IMG/VR virus record: IMGVR_UViG_3300010296_000006
Strand: one strand, 5' to 3'
Source: an uncultured virus (IMG/VR IMGVR_UViG_3300010296_000006)
Lineage: Duplodnaviria > Heunggongvirae > Uroviricota > Caudoviricetes
DNA: 60,393 bases
The notes below the pieces were generated by a model, which did not search any database, was not told the DNA's origin, and worked only from the letters and a program-made list of their open reading frames with translations. The position numbers and the translations under genes were made by a program. This document shows, piece by piece, positions 49,701 to 59,100 of this stretch; position 1 is the stretch's first letter; every line of letters starts with the position of its first letter.

Positions 49701-52700
49701 GAAATCGATGTAAACATCACTAACGCAGATACATTAAGTTATCCAACACCAACTGGTGCTAGTTCAAATCTACCAAATGCAGTTGGACAACTTGTAGCAA
49801 ATAGAAAGTTTATCCAAGAAGAAATAGCAGCATATGTTAATGTAAACTATCCTAGCGTTTACGATAATGGTAATGGCTACAATGAAAGAAAATGTAAAAG
49901 AGATGTAGGATATATTGTTGATGCACTAGCATATGATATTATGTATGGCGGCAATTCTGCAACTCGAATATGTGCTCAATCTTATTTTGTAGGTACAGTA
50001 AACCAGTTAGGAACTGACAGTGCAGAAGTGACTGCAACAATAGCCGCATATGAAAGATTGCAAACAGTTGTAAGTCAAATTATACTTGAAGGAGCAGTTG
50101 TTAGATCTAATGGAAATGATGAAACTCAAGATACTACTGGTGCTCCAGCATCAGGTACACAAGCAAACTTAGCTTCCGTTTTAGTGCAAATAATAATAGA
50201 TGTTCTTAATGATGGAGATCTAGACAATCTTGAAACTCAAGTGTTACCAGATTTAACTTGGGCATCAAATGATGTAGAAGTTGCAGGTATAACAGTATAT
50301 GGTTCAAGACAATCATTAGGTAGAGAAACAACAGATTTTGTTCTTGCAAACTATCCAGCTTTTACTTACGACCAAGATAAGTGTCAAAGAGATGTTGAGT
50401 TAATATTAGAAGCTGTTTTAAGAGATGCAAGATTAGGAACTAATCATAATATGATAGTTGCTGCTCAAGCATACAAAAGAGCAACAGCAAACTACTTTAA
50501 TGTAAATCAAAACCCTGCAACTATAATGGCAATGAGATATGTTAGAGATACTGCATTGTCATATGTTACTACAAATGCTACAGCTACAACTCGTATAACA
50601 GAAGGTTTTGAAAACTTTTTTAACATTGTAGAATACGATGTTGAACCTAGCGAAGGTACAACTTATCCGTCACCAACTCCTGCAAGTCAAGAAAGAATAG
50701 ATACAGCAAGACTTTTACAAGATAATAAAAACTTTTTAATAGAAGAAACAGTATTACATATTAACAACCAATATTTTATCTATGACAGCGAAAAATGCAG
50801 AAGAGATAGTGGATTAATTTTAGATGGTATAATAAAAGATCTTACATTAGGAACAAACTATTGGGCTGTATTAAATGGGTTATCATATCGTAGAGCTCAA
50901 TCAAGTGTTGTTATTTCGGATCAGTTGGTGGAAACTATAGCCGCAGTTACAAGATTAAAAACACAAACATTAGCTGTATTATCAGACAGTCCGAGTATCA
51001 CAGCAGTAAGTGCAGCATTTGATGAAGTAATAGATATTTTAACCAATGGATCTGCAAATGCTGATGCATTAACATGGACATCAACTGGTAATAATATTGA
51101 TCATACAAATGCTAGAATACAAGTACAAAACAATAGAAAACTTATTGAAGATGAAGTTATATTATGGATTAGAGCTAATGAACCAACATTGGTATATAAT
51201 GAAGCTACATGCCGTAGAGACCTAGGTTATATTATCGATGCTATAAGTCATGACCTAAACTATAACACAAATCTTGCAACAAAAGAAGCAGCAAAAGCAT
51301 ATTTTGTTGGTACTACAAGTCAACTTCCAGCAGACCAAAGGACTGCTACAGGCAATGCTATGGAACAACTTGGTCTTATCACATATGATGTTTTACTTGA
51401 AGCATACTCGGGGCAAGATACATCTGCTGGACTTGTATCAAGTGAAGAAGCAAATAAATCAACAGAACTTGCTAATATTATTAGAGATGTAGTAAAAGCA
51501 AATACTTTAGAGTTATTGCCAGCCGACGAAGCATTAGACGATACATGGAATACTTCTAATCTTTTAACAAGCAAAACCTTAATAGAAACTAACAGAACTG
51601 CAATATTAGACGATAACATTAACTACATCAACACAGTACTAAATGGGTTCAGTTATAGTGAAGAAAAGTGCAGAAGAGACACAGGATATTTGATTGATGC
51701 TGTTACTCACGATGTTCTTTATTTAGGCAACAGAAGTGTACTAATAGCCACTAGATCTTACTTTGACGATGGAGTAATACAAATATATGGACAAACAGGA
51801 GAAACTCAAGATGCACTTGAACATCTACGTGATGTAGCAATACAAGTCGTACAAGGTGCAGCAGTTGTTCCTGAAACAGGAAATCCTGAACCACAAAACC
51901 TAACAGGATTATATGGTTCATCTGCAGAAAGTGAAGAAGTAGGAGCATTATTTGATATTGTTATTACTGCTATTAGCGATTCAACAGGTTTAGAAACTAC
52001 TCCATCAAATAGCAATCCAGATACAGATTGGATCGAATTTGGATTAAATGAAGTATGTAATAGTTTAGAAAATAATATTGAAAATATAAAATCAGACACT
52101 ATTACGTTTATTACCGATAATATTATTTCTTTTAGCTACAATGTTGAAAAATGTGAAAGAGATACTGCATACATAGTAGATGCAGCAGTTTATGATACAC
52201 TCTTTGGCGGTAACAAGCAAACACGTAGAGCAGCAGAAGCCTATTACAGTAATGCAGTCATTGCAGGACAAGAATCGATAACAGAACTATCTTACAGACA
52301 CCTAGGTGAAGTGTTAGAAAGTGTTGCTCAAAACCTAAAAGTTACAGCATCATCTGGTACAACTGAAACGCAAACTTATGGAACAATAGGAGGAAGTGCA
52401 ACTTCTGGAGCATATGCAAATAATATGGTAAACAAGATTGCTGATGTTATACTACTAGGCGGCACTACATATCTTCCATATGAAATTGACCACGACTATG
52501 ACAACTTAGGACTTACATCTCTTGTAAAAACACAAAGAACAACTATACTTAATGACTTACAAGCTATCGAAGACGAAAGTATTAGATTGTTAAATGCACA
52601 ATACGGTGGAGTTGCAGACCTTACATTATTCCCAGGTATAGTGGCTGTACAAGAGGGTACTCTTGGCAGTATGCAACGAGTAAGTACAGTTAGTACTTCG

Positions 52701-55700
52701 GGTCATGCATTTGAATATGTAGGCGCAGGTATTACATATAATGCTCTTCCATTCTTTGGTGGATCTCCTATAGCAGCAAACGAGTTTGTTGAAACTAATA
52801 ATGGTAAAGTTTTTGCCGGCGGTACTGTTGACCAAATTGGTAACTTTAAAGTTGGTAACTATTTTAATGTTAATGCACTTACAGGATCTATTACACTTAA
52901 CGCTGAAGAAATCAATCTATCAGGTATTGCTGCCATTGGACCATTCAGACGATTTAATATTCCTGTAGGTGTGGAACTTAAAGAAGTTAGTAACAACAGT
53001 GACCTAACAGCAAGCACAGGTGCAGCAGACCAAAATACTGTTCCAACTCAAACAGCAGTTGTAAACTACTTGACAAATAGGTATTTAAATAAGCTAACAG
53101 GCGGAACTGTTGAAGCTGATGTTGTATTTGAACAGGATATTGCAGTAGACGGCGGCGACATTACCACTACATCTACTATAGTTAATCTTGTCAACGACAA
53201 TGCGAGTTTTGTAAACTTTGCAGGCGGCGCAACTTCTATAACGATTGGTGCTAACGGAGTGGGCACCACAGAAATTAGGCATGATGTTATAGTTGGAGGA
53301 TCACTAGATATAGGTGGAAATACAACTATTGTTGGTGATGTTGATATTACTATACCTGACGAGTTACAACAAGCGTTCAACATTACAATGAACACTGAAG
53401 ATTACATTACTATAGATACTAGAGATGCACAAGAAACAGTTGCATTTGGTAATGTGCCTGTTATAAGAATTCTAAATACATCACAAAGTACAGATAAAAC
53501 CAACGGTTCTTTAGTTGTAGGCGGCGGTTTAGGTGTTGGTAAAAACTTAAACGTCGGCGGAGATATTTTCTTTGAAGGTAGTATTGTTAGCACTAATAGT
53601 GCAAACTTGAGCTTGTTTAATGACACTGCCGGAACAGTTAATGCGTTCGGTGATGCTACAGAAATTCAACTTGGTAGTTCGGGTATTGTACCTGGTAACT
53701 TTATTGTTAACAATGATTACATTAGATTTACTAGTAGCTATAATATGAAAATACCAACCGGTACAACAGGTGAAAGAGGAAGTGTACCAGAAGAAGGTTA
53801 TATTCGCTTCAACACAGACTTGGGTATTTTTGAAGGCTACGATGGTATTGCTTGGAACACACTAGGCGGTGTTAGAGATGTTGATGGTAACACATACATC
53901 GAAGCAGAAAGCTCTCCAGGTTCAAACGAAAATGAACTAAGTTTTGTTACTGATGGCTTAGAAAGAATGAATCTAAGCACAACAGCATTCCGTTTAGACG
54001 ATACTATAACAAGTATAACATTTGAAGGCACTACTCAATCAAACAGCCCAGATAGCGGTTTACTGGTGATAGAAGGCGGTATGGGCATTGAGAAAAATCT
54101 CAATGTAAGAGGTGATTTAAGAGTTTATAATGACACATTAATTAATGGAGCTCTTGATGTTGACGGTAGTGTTACTATTGGTACAAATGATAGTGTTGTA
54201 GACACACTTACAGTCAATGCAAATGCAACATACAATGTATATGATTCTACTACAGGTGCATTTGAAATACTAGAAGGTGCAAACAGTTATTTTAAATTGA
54301 ATACAACTGACGGCACAGAAGAAGTGCTGTTTGGTGCAAATCCAGTGGTAAAAATTCAAAATACCACTGAATCAACAAGTGCAACAACAGGTGCCTTGGT
54401 TGTATCAGGTGGTGTGGGTATTGACGGCAATGTTTTTGTTACAGGAGACATGCAAGTTGACGGTTCACTAACATTTGGTGACGATGCTGTACTAGATACA
54501 TTAAATGTTTCAGGTGATGCAGACTTTAATATTCCTGATAATACAGCAGAATCTTTTACAATTAGACAAGCATCATCTCCTTACTTGAATGTCAAAACAA
54601 CTAACGGCAGTGAAGAGATTGCAATTGGTGGGACTCCGTTTGTAAGCATTGCAAACACATCAGAAGCAACTGCTCCTACAGAAGGTGCATTGCAAGTTGT
54701 AGGCGGTATTGGCTTAGAAAAATCACTGTTTGCAGGATTGGATATCACTGCACAACGAAATATTATTGCTGAAAACAATCTTGAAGTTAACGGCACAAGT
54801 ATTAGCACAAGAGTTGATAGTGGTACATTTACATTGTTAAATGAAAACATTCAAACTATTGAAGCATTTGGTGCAGCTGATAATATTACAATAGGTGCAA
54901 GTACTGGTACAATCACATTCAACAATGAAATATTCATTTTTGACAGTACTGCAAGCATTCAATTGCCAGTTGGTACTACTGCTGAAAGAACAGCAGCAGC
55001 AACTGGTCAAATACGCTTCAATTCTGAAGATAATTTGTTTGAAGGATACGATGGCAGTAACTGGGGATCACTAGGTGGCGTAAAAGATGTTGACCAAGAC
55101 ACATTTATAAGACCTGAAACAACACCAGGTTCGGATGAAGATCAATTAGAATTCTTCACAAATGGCACTCAAAGAATGCTGTTAACAAACACTGATTTAG
55201 ATATTGATTCTACAGTACAAGTTGATATTGCAAACACCAGCACTAGTTACAGATTCGACACAGGTGCACTAACAATTGCAGGTGGTGTAGGTGTTGCTGA
55301 AAATGTATTTGTACAAGGATTTATTGGTGGTGATGCAACTGGAACACTGCAATTAACAGATTTGTACACTGATAAGTTATTGATTAAAGCAGGCACAATC
55401 GAAACACCTGATGATTTCAAAATTGTTTCAAATGCACCAGATAGTGCAGCAGATGACATTGTGTATCCAGTAACACTGGCTCATCATAGTGTAAGCGGTA
55501 CACCAGTTGCAGGTGTTGGTGTTGGTATGAAATTTGAAGTTGAAACAACAAATGCCAACTTTGAAACAGGTGGACAAATTGATAGTATTGTACAAGATAT
55601 AACAGGTACACAAGAAGACTTTGACATGGTGTTTAGCACAATGTCTGCAGGTGCTGTTACTGAAAAATTTAGATTAAGTGAAACATTAGCAACTGTTAAA

Positions 55701-56066
55701 ACTAGCTTACAGGTTGACGAAGACTTAACTGTAACTGGTATTTTGGATGCATCTGGATTTAGAGGAAGTGTTTTTGCAGATGATAGTACAGAGATCATCG
55801 ATAGTATTAACAACAAAATTACTGTTACAAATGCAGAAGTGGGAACACTAACACTTACAACTGACTTAGAAGTACAGTATGGTGGTACTGGACGCAGTAA
55901 TTTTGTTACAAATGGTATTGTATACGGTAATGGATCTAATCAACTACTAGTTACTGATGCAGCAGGCAGCAGCGATATTAGCACATCGTTCCAAATACTA
56001 ACTGTCACAGATTCAGGCGATGACACACCAATTTGGACAGATACCATAGATGGCGGCGAGTTCTAA
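46761..56066 (+). CDS. Giant (3101 aa) virion fibre protein: beta-helix head, 10 phycobiliprotein-like C-x-R-D repeats, fibre shaft
   Basis: YYVSLEGNDSN...GDSLRNT beta-helix start; 10 helical repeats at ~48.1-52.6 kb; GALVVSGGVGI and IRFN...FEGYDG fibre repeats; IDGGEF end. Confidence 0.8.
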   Translation: MKYLKKQILHERKVKDQSFVLNADGSIDIKPLAGKEVRIDGNLNVTGNSPGATNQLVYYVSLEGNDSNTGTGAGPGQAKRTVKAAVDAAPAGATIQVAPGDYYEENPITLKARQTVRGDSLRNTQIYPKNNTQTIFFMDNACYLFQLTFRALRDPGWCAEIKPNALVTVSPYVQNCTNMNGPWLNDGTEFIPFETVQIEGVNPGARPIENDPNVPLGKRVNTTGGGNGMLVDGNQYHPDSLVKSFVADAFTQIAQGGIGFHITNEGYTQIVSCFSVFTRVGFQATKGGYLSISNSVSDFGTYAIIADGVFDKVFTTARPIQDYYSSVGSITMNNTGANYTTAPTVVIDPPLGDINGVTATGTASLDATTGQITAITITDQGSGYDRVPNVSLVGGGYDVIATATANLVTNQVITVNGLRDIPQTGSIITFEGDSQGYYVTNTNITTQPFIYNESVCRRDVRRIVDAVVGDLALGTNYQSLAAGRSYLRARANKVIAAQLAPTIYGIEAARDEMLARIPDSDPLNEDARYFIIERFAEIVSYLNQGDSTAAPDIDLGTNTLVDEGTRAAADNIVANKDFIVNELTNYISNQFSNLSYNQAKCERDTELLVEAIGYDLATGSNVRTIFAALSYARANASKVSSDIQYEVSKATFENTRDSILAISAVSGSPTAVTRVNNLFTEFLDIFAGLNFNKDKCERDIGYVVDSVAWDVILNTNYNAVTTGLSYQRAPSAYVLSSQFQQTIRTYQYMKDIASNTYMTLSNTAVTRSEAAFDEIIDIISNADSSQDANVVDAITYTDPGVDVNKRYARELLQLNRDYIASELTTWIATYYPSLTYDSATCERDVKFITDAVCFDVQYGGNFATRRAADAYFVGTVSQLGSTDEVTATIDAYNELINIMQNIILETYSGQQVTTNPASSSEVDEVGSLVQIVIDVLEAGSTSALPTLTEPSIAHITDQNLIYAFNNWQDNMPAIKVDVLEEIDVNITNADTLSYPTPTGASSNLPNAVGQLVANRKFIQEEIAAYVNVNYPSVYDNGNGYNERKCKRDVGYIVDALAYDIMYGGNSATRICAQSYFVGTVNQLGTDSAEVTATIAAYERLQTVVSQIILEGAVVRSNGNDETQDTTGAPASGTQANLASVLVQIIIDVLNDGDLDNLETQVLPDLTWASNDVEVAGITVYGSRQSLGRETTDFVLANYPAFTYDQDKCQRDVELILEAVLRDARLGTNHNMIVAAQAYKRATANYFNVNQNPATIMAMRYVRDTALSYVTTNATATTRITEGFENFFNIVEYDVEPSEGTTYPSPTPASQERIDTARLLQDNKNFLIEETVLHINNQYFIYDSEKCRRDSGLILDGIIKDLTLGTNYWAVLNGLSYRRAQSSVVISDQLVETIAAVTRLKTQTLAVLSDSPSITAVSAAFDEVIDILTNGSANADALTWTSTGNNIDHTNARIQVQNNRKLIEDEVILWIRANEPTLVYNEATCRRDLGYIIDAISHDLNYNTNLATKEAAKAYFVGTTSQLPADQRTATGNAMEQLGLITYDVLLEAYSGQDTSAGLVSSEEANKSTELANIIRDVVKANTLELLPADEALDDTWNTSNLLTSKTLIETNRTAILDDNINYINTVLNGFSYSEEKCRRDTGYLIDAVTHDVLYLGNRSVLIATRSYFDDGVIQIYGQTGETQDALEHLRDVAIQVVQGAAVVPETGNPEPQNLTGLYGSSAESEEVGALFDIVITAISDSTGLETTPSNSNPDTDWIEFGLNEVCNSLENNIENIKSDTITFITDNIISFSYNVEKCERDTAYIVDAAVYDTLFGGNKQTRRAAEAYYSNAVIAGQESITELSYRHLGEVLESVAQNLKVTASSGTTETQTYGTIGGSATSGAYANNMVNKIADVILLGGTTYLPYEIDHDYDNLGLTSLVKTQRTTILNDLQAIEDESIRLLNAQYGGVADLTLFPGIVAVQEGTLGSMQRVSTVSTSGHAFEYVGAGITYNALPFFGGSPIAANEFVETNNGKVFAGGTVDQIGNFKVGNYFNVNALTGSITLNAEEINLSGIAAIGPFRRFNIPVGVELKEVSNNSDLTASTGAADQNTVPTQTAVVNYLTNRYLNKLTGGTVEADVVFEQDIAVDGGDITTTSTIVNLVNDNASFVNFAGGATSITIGANGVGTTEIRHDVIVGGSLDIGGNTTIVGDVDITIPDELQQAFNITMNTEDYITIDTRDAQETVAFGNVPVIRILNTSQSTDKTNGSLVVGGGLGVGKNLNVGGDIFFEGSIVSTNSANLSLFNDTAGTVNAFGDATEIQLGSSGIVPGNFIVNNDYIRFTSSYNMKIPTGTTGERGSVPEEGYIRFNTDLGIFEGYDGIAWNTLGGVRDVDGNTYIEAESSPGSNENELSFVTDGLERMNLSTTAFRLDDTITSITFEGTTQSNSPDSGLLVIEGGMGIEKNLNVRGDLRVYNDTLINGALDVDGSVTIGTNDSVVDTLTVNANATYNVYDSTTGAFEILEGANSYFKLNTTDGTEEVLFGANPVVKIQNTTESTSATTGALVVSGGVGIDGNVFVTGDMQVDGSLTFGDDAVLDTLNVSGDADFNIPDNTAESFTIRQASSPYLNVKTTNGSEEIAIGGTPFVSIANTSEATAPTEGALQVVGGIGLEKSLFAGLDITAQRNIIAENNLEVNGTSISTRVDSGTFTLLNENIQTIEAFGAADNITIGASTGTITFNNEIFIFDSTASIQLPVGTTAERTAAATGQIRFNSEDNLFEGYDGSNWGSLGGVKDVDQDTFIRPETTPGSDEDQLEFFTNGTQRMLLTNTDLDIDSTVQVDIANTSTSYRFDTGALTIAGGVGVAENVFVQGFIGGDATGTLQLTDLYTDKLLIKAGTIETPDDFKIVSNAPDSAADDIVYPVTLAHHSVSGTPVAGVGVGMKFEVETTNANFETGGQIDSIVQDITGTQEDFDMVFSTMSAGAVTEKFRLSETLATVKTSLQVDEDLTVTGILDASGFRGSVFADDSTEIIDSINNKITVTNAEVGTLTLTTDLEVQYGGTGRSNFVTNGIVYGNGSNQLLVTDAAGSSDISTSFQILTVTDSGDDTPIWTDTIDGGEF

Positions 56067-56077
56067 GCCGCCATTTT
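56050..56077 (+). terminator. Putative terminator overlapping the stop codon
   Basis: ATGGCGGC-gagttctaa-GCCGCCAT-TTT. Confidence 0.55.
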
Positions 56078-56086
56078 ACTCCTGTG

Positions 56087-56158
56087 ATAAATAACTATAC
56101 AACGATTTCTATCGTGTAGTTTGGGCGTTTTTAACTTGACCCGTACCTAAATAGGAGG
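56087..56158 (+). promoter_or_regulatory. Late promoter ATAAATA plus leader with hairpins and AGGAGG RBS
   Basis: ATAAATA 56087-93; hairpin 56093-56121; RBS 56153-58. Confidence 0.5.
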
Positions 56159-56166
56159 CAGCCTTA

Positions 56167-59100
56167 ATGGCAACAAAGATTAGACACAAGCGTAGTAGTG
56201 TGGCTGGAAAACAGCCTATAGTTTCTCAACTTGAATCAGGTGAATTGGCAATTAACACAGCAGACGGTAAAGTATTCCTACTGCGTGATGACAACACAGT
56301 TCAAGATATTACAAAAAGAATTTTTGAAAATAACAGTGAAATTAAAGTAGATGATGCTGGCGACAGTACATCAGCTGAAATTTCATTTACAGTCAATGAC
56401 TCAGAAAAGATGACAATTACCAACGAAGGTATGAACATTAAAGAAGCAATTGACATGGAAAATGCAACTAGCATTACATTTAGAGAACTTACTGCTTCTG
56501 GTGAAGACGGAATTAGTTTAAAAGCACCAGATACCCTTCCTACTAGCTACAATCTTACTTTGCCTCTAACTGCTGGTACAAAAGGTCAATTACTTAGAAC
56601 AGATGCTACAGGACAATTAGAATTTGTTGATTCAGACTTGTTTGGTGGTAATGTTATCTATGTTAGTGCCGAAAAAGGCGACGACACTAACGATGGACAA
56701 ACTGCTCCGGTTAAAACTGTTAAGAGAGCCTGTCAACTTGCAAGTGCTATTGTTTATAATGTAGACGGTACACTAACAAATACTCGTGTTAATATTAAAG
56801 TTGCGGTTGGTGATTACACAGAAGACAACCCGATTATTGTTCCAGATAACGTTGTTATCAAAGGTGACGGTTTGCGTGGATGTATTATTCGTCCTGCTAA
56901 TGCTAACCTTGACATGTTGCGTGTAAGAAACGCATGTTATTTTGGTGAATTTACCTTTAGAGATGGTGTTGACGCTAACTTTGTTCCGTTGATCACATGG
57001 GACTATGCTACAACATTTGACGATCCTGATGCTACTGATGTAACCGACCGTGCTGAATATACAAACTTGCCAAATACAAAACCAACTATTGTTACATCTC
57101 CGTATACACAGAACTGTTCGATTATTTCGTTCTTAGGCGGTAGTGGTGCTAAGATTGACGGTGCATTGGTTAACAGCCCCAATGTGCCCCAATATAATAT
57201 TGAAGCTGAGAATCCAGTTATTGGTGCTATACCTGAACAAGGTAAATCAATGGTTGCTAACGCATATACCATGCTTTCGTTTGGTGGTACAGGTTGGCGA
57301 CTACTAAACGATGCTTATGCACAGATCGTTAGCTGTTTCCAAATCTTCCTACTTAACGGTGTTTATACACAATCAGGCGGATATTGTTCGATTACCAACT
57401 CTGCTACAAACTTTGGTTTATATGCTTTGCGTTCATCTGGCTATTCACCGAAGGCGTTTGAATTTGACCGTGCATTTGTCACAAGTACTGGTGCATTTGA
57501 AGGCAAGCAAACAATTACAATGGTGGGATTAAACAGAACAGCACCAGTTGAAGAATTTGTTTTAAGATTTAGAGAACCGGGTTATAAAGAAGCATACGAT
57601 GTTCTTTTGAGTAAACGAGATGCTATTGCTAATGATACAATTACTTGGATTAATGGTCAAGTTAGCGCAGCAACAAGCAATATATGGGCAGGCTTTACAT
57701 ACAATGAAGAAAAATGTAGAAGAGATGTAAGATTTATTCTAGATTCTATACGCTATGATATCATGTTTAATAGTAATTACAGAACTATATCAAGTGCAAT
57801 AAAATATTACAATGGAACAAGTGACACTGTTATAAATGATCAAAGAGATCAAACTGTAGAATCATTTACACAAGCAAAGGCATTTACCGCTGCAACACTT
57901 ACTGATGCAACTGCTATTAGTAGAGCAAATGCACTATGGGACGAAGTAATTGACATTATTACAAATGGTAGTAGTAACGATGTTCCTGGAGAAATTGCAG
58001 ATACATTTGTATATCCAACACCAAGTTCTGGTACAGGTAATGCTAGTGATGCAGGATATGCTAATGCTGTGCAACAATTGCTTGCAAACAAACAGTTTAT
58101 CAAAAAAGAAGTTACAGCATGGATTGCAGTTCAAGTTGCTGCAGGTACATCACCATTTGCAACAGATTTTACATACAATGCAACTAAATGCGAAAAAGAT
58201 ATTTCTTTAATCATTGATGCACTTATCTACGATTTAACATACGGTGGTAACTTGCTTACTAGAGATGCTGCATTCCAATATTTTGTTGGTACAACTGCAC
58301 AGTACGGTACAGGTAAAAAAGAAGAAACAATTGCTGCATACGGTAGACTGAAAGATGTTATAGGTGATGTTGTATTAGAAAATACTGTCACAGTTTCAAG
58401 TGGAAACACAGAAACACAAGATACAAGTGGCACAGCAGGTAGTGCAGCAGCAAGCACACAAGCAGAAGCACTTATACAAGTTGTTGTTGATCACATTGAT
58501 AACGACGGCGGCGAAATTGTAAGAAGCGAACCAGATACATCTTGGCCATCACCTGCTCTTGTTGCAGATGCAAACAATGCATTAGGAATTGACTCAGCTG
58601 GTGCAGTTAATATTGCTCAAAGAGTTACAAAATATATTAATGAACAAATTGATGCAGGCATGTGGTATAACTTTGTCTATGATCAAAGTAAATGTTTGCG
58701 TGATACAAAACTAATAGTTGAAGCAGTAGCAAAAGATACTTGGGACACTGGTAATAGATATTCAAGAAACGCAGGTTTGAGTTATTTTACAGCGAATATT
58801 GCAGACAGTTCTAGAAGTTTAATTTCAGGTCAAGAGCTACAAACTATTAAGGCTATTCAGCAAGCAGCAACTCTTTCAAACACAGAAATCACAGGTTACG
58901 GACAGATCACTACCGCAGTTGAAGATTTTGTGCAAAGTAGATTTGATATCATCACAGACATTATTAGAGATCCAGATTCGATTCCAAATCCAAACGATGT
59001 GAGTAGTGAAGGCGATGTAACACTAGACTTTATTCCAACACCTGACGAAACTACATTTGATGCAGCGACAGCACTTAATGTAACAACTGGAATTTTTACA

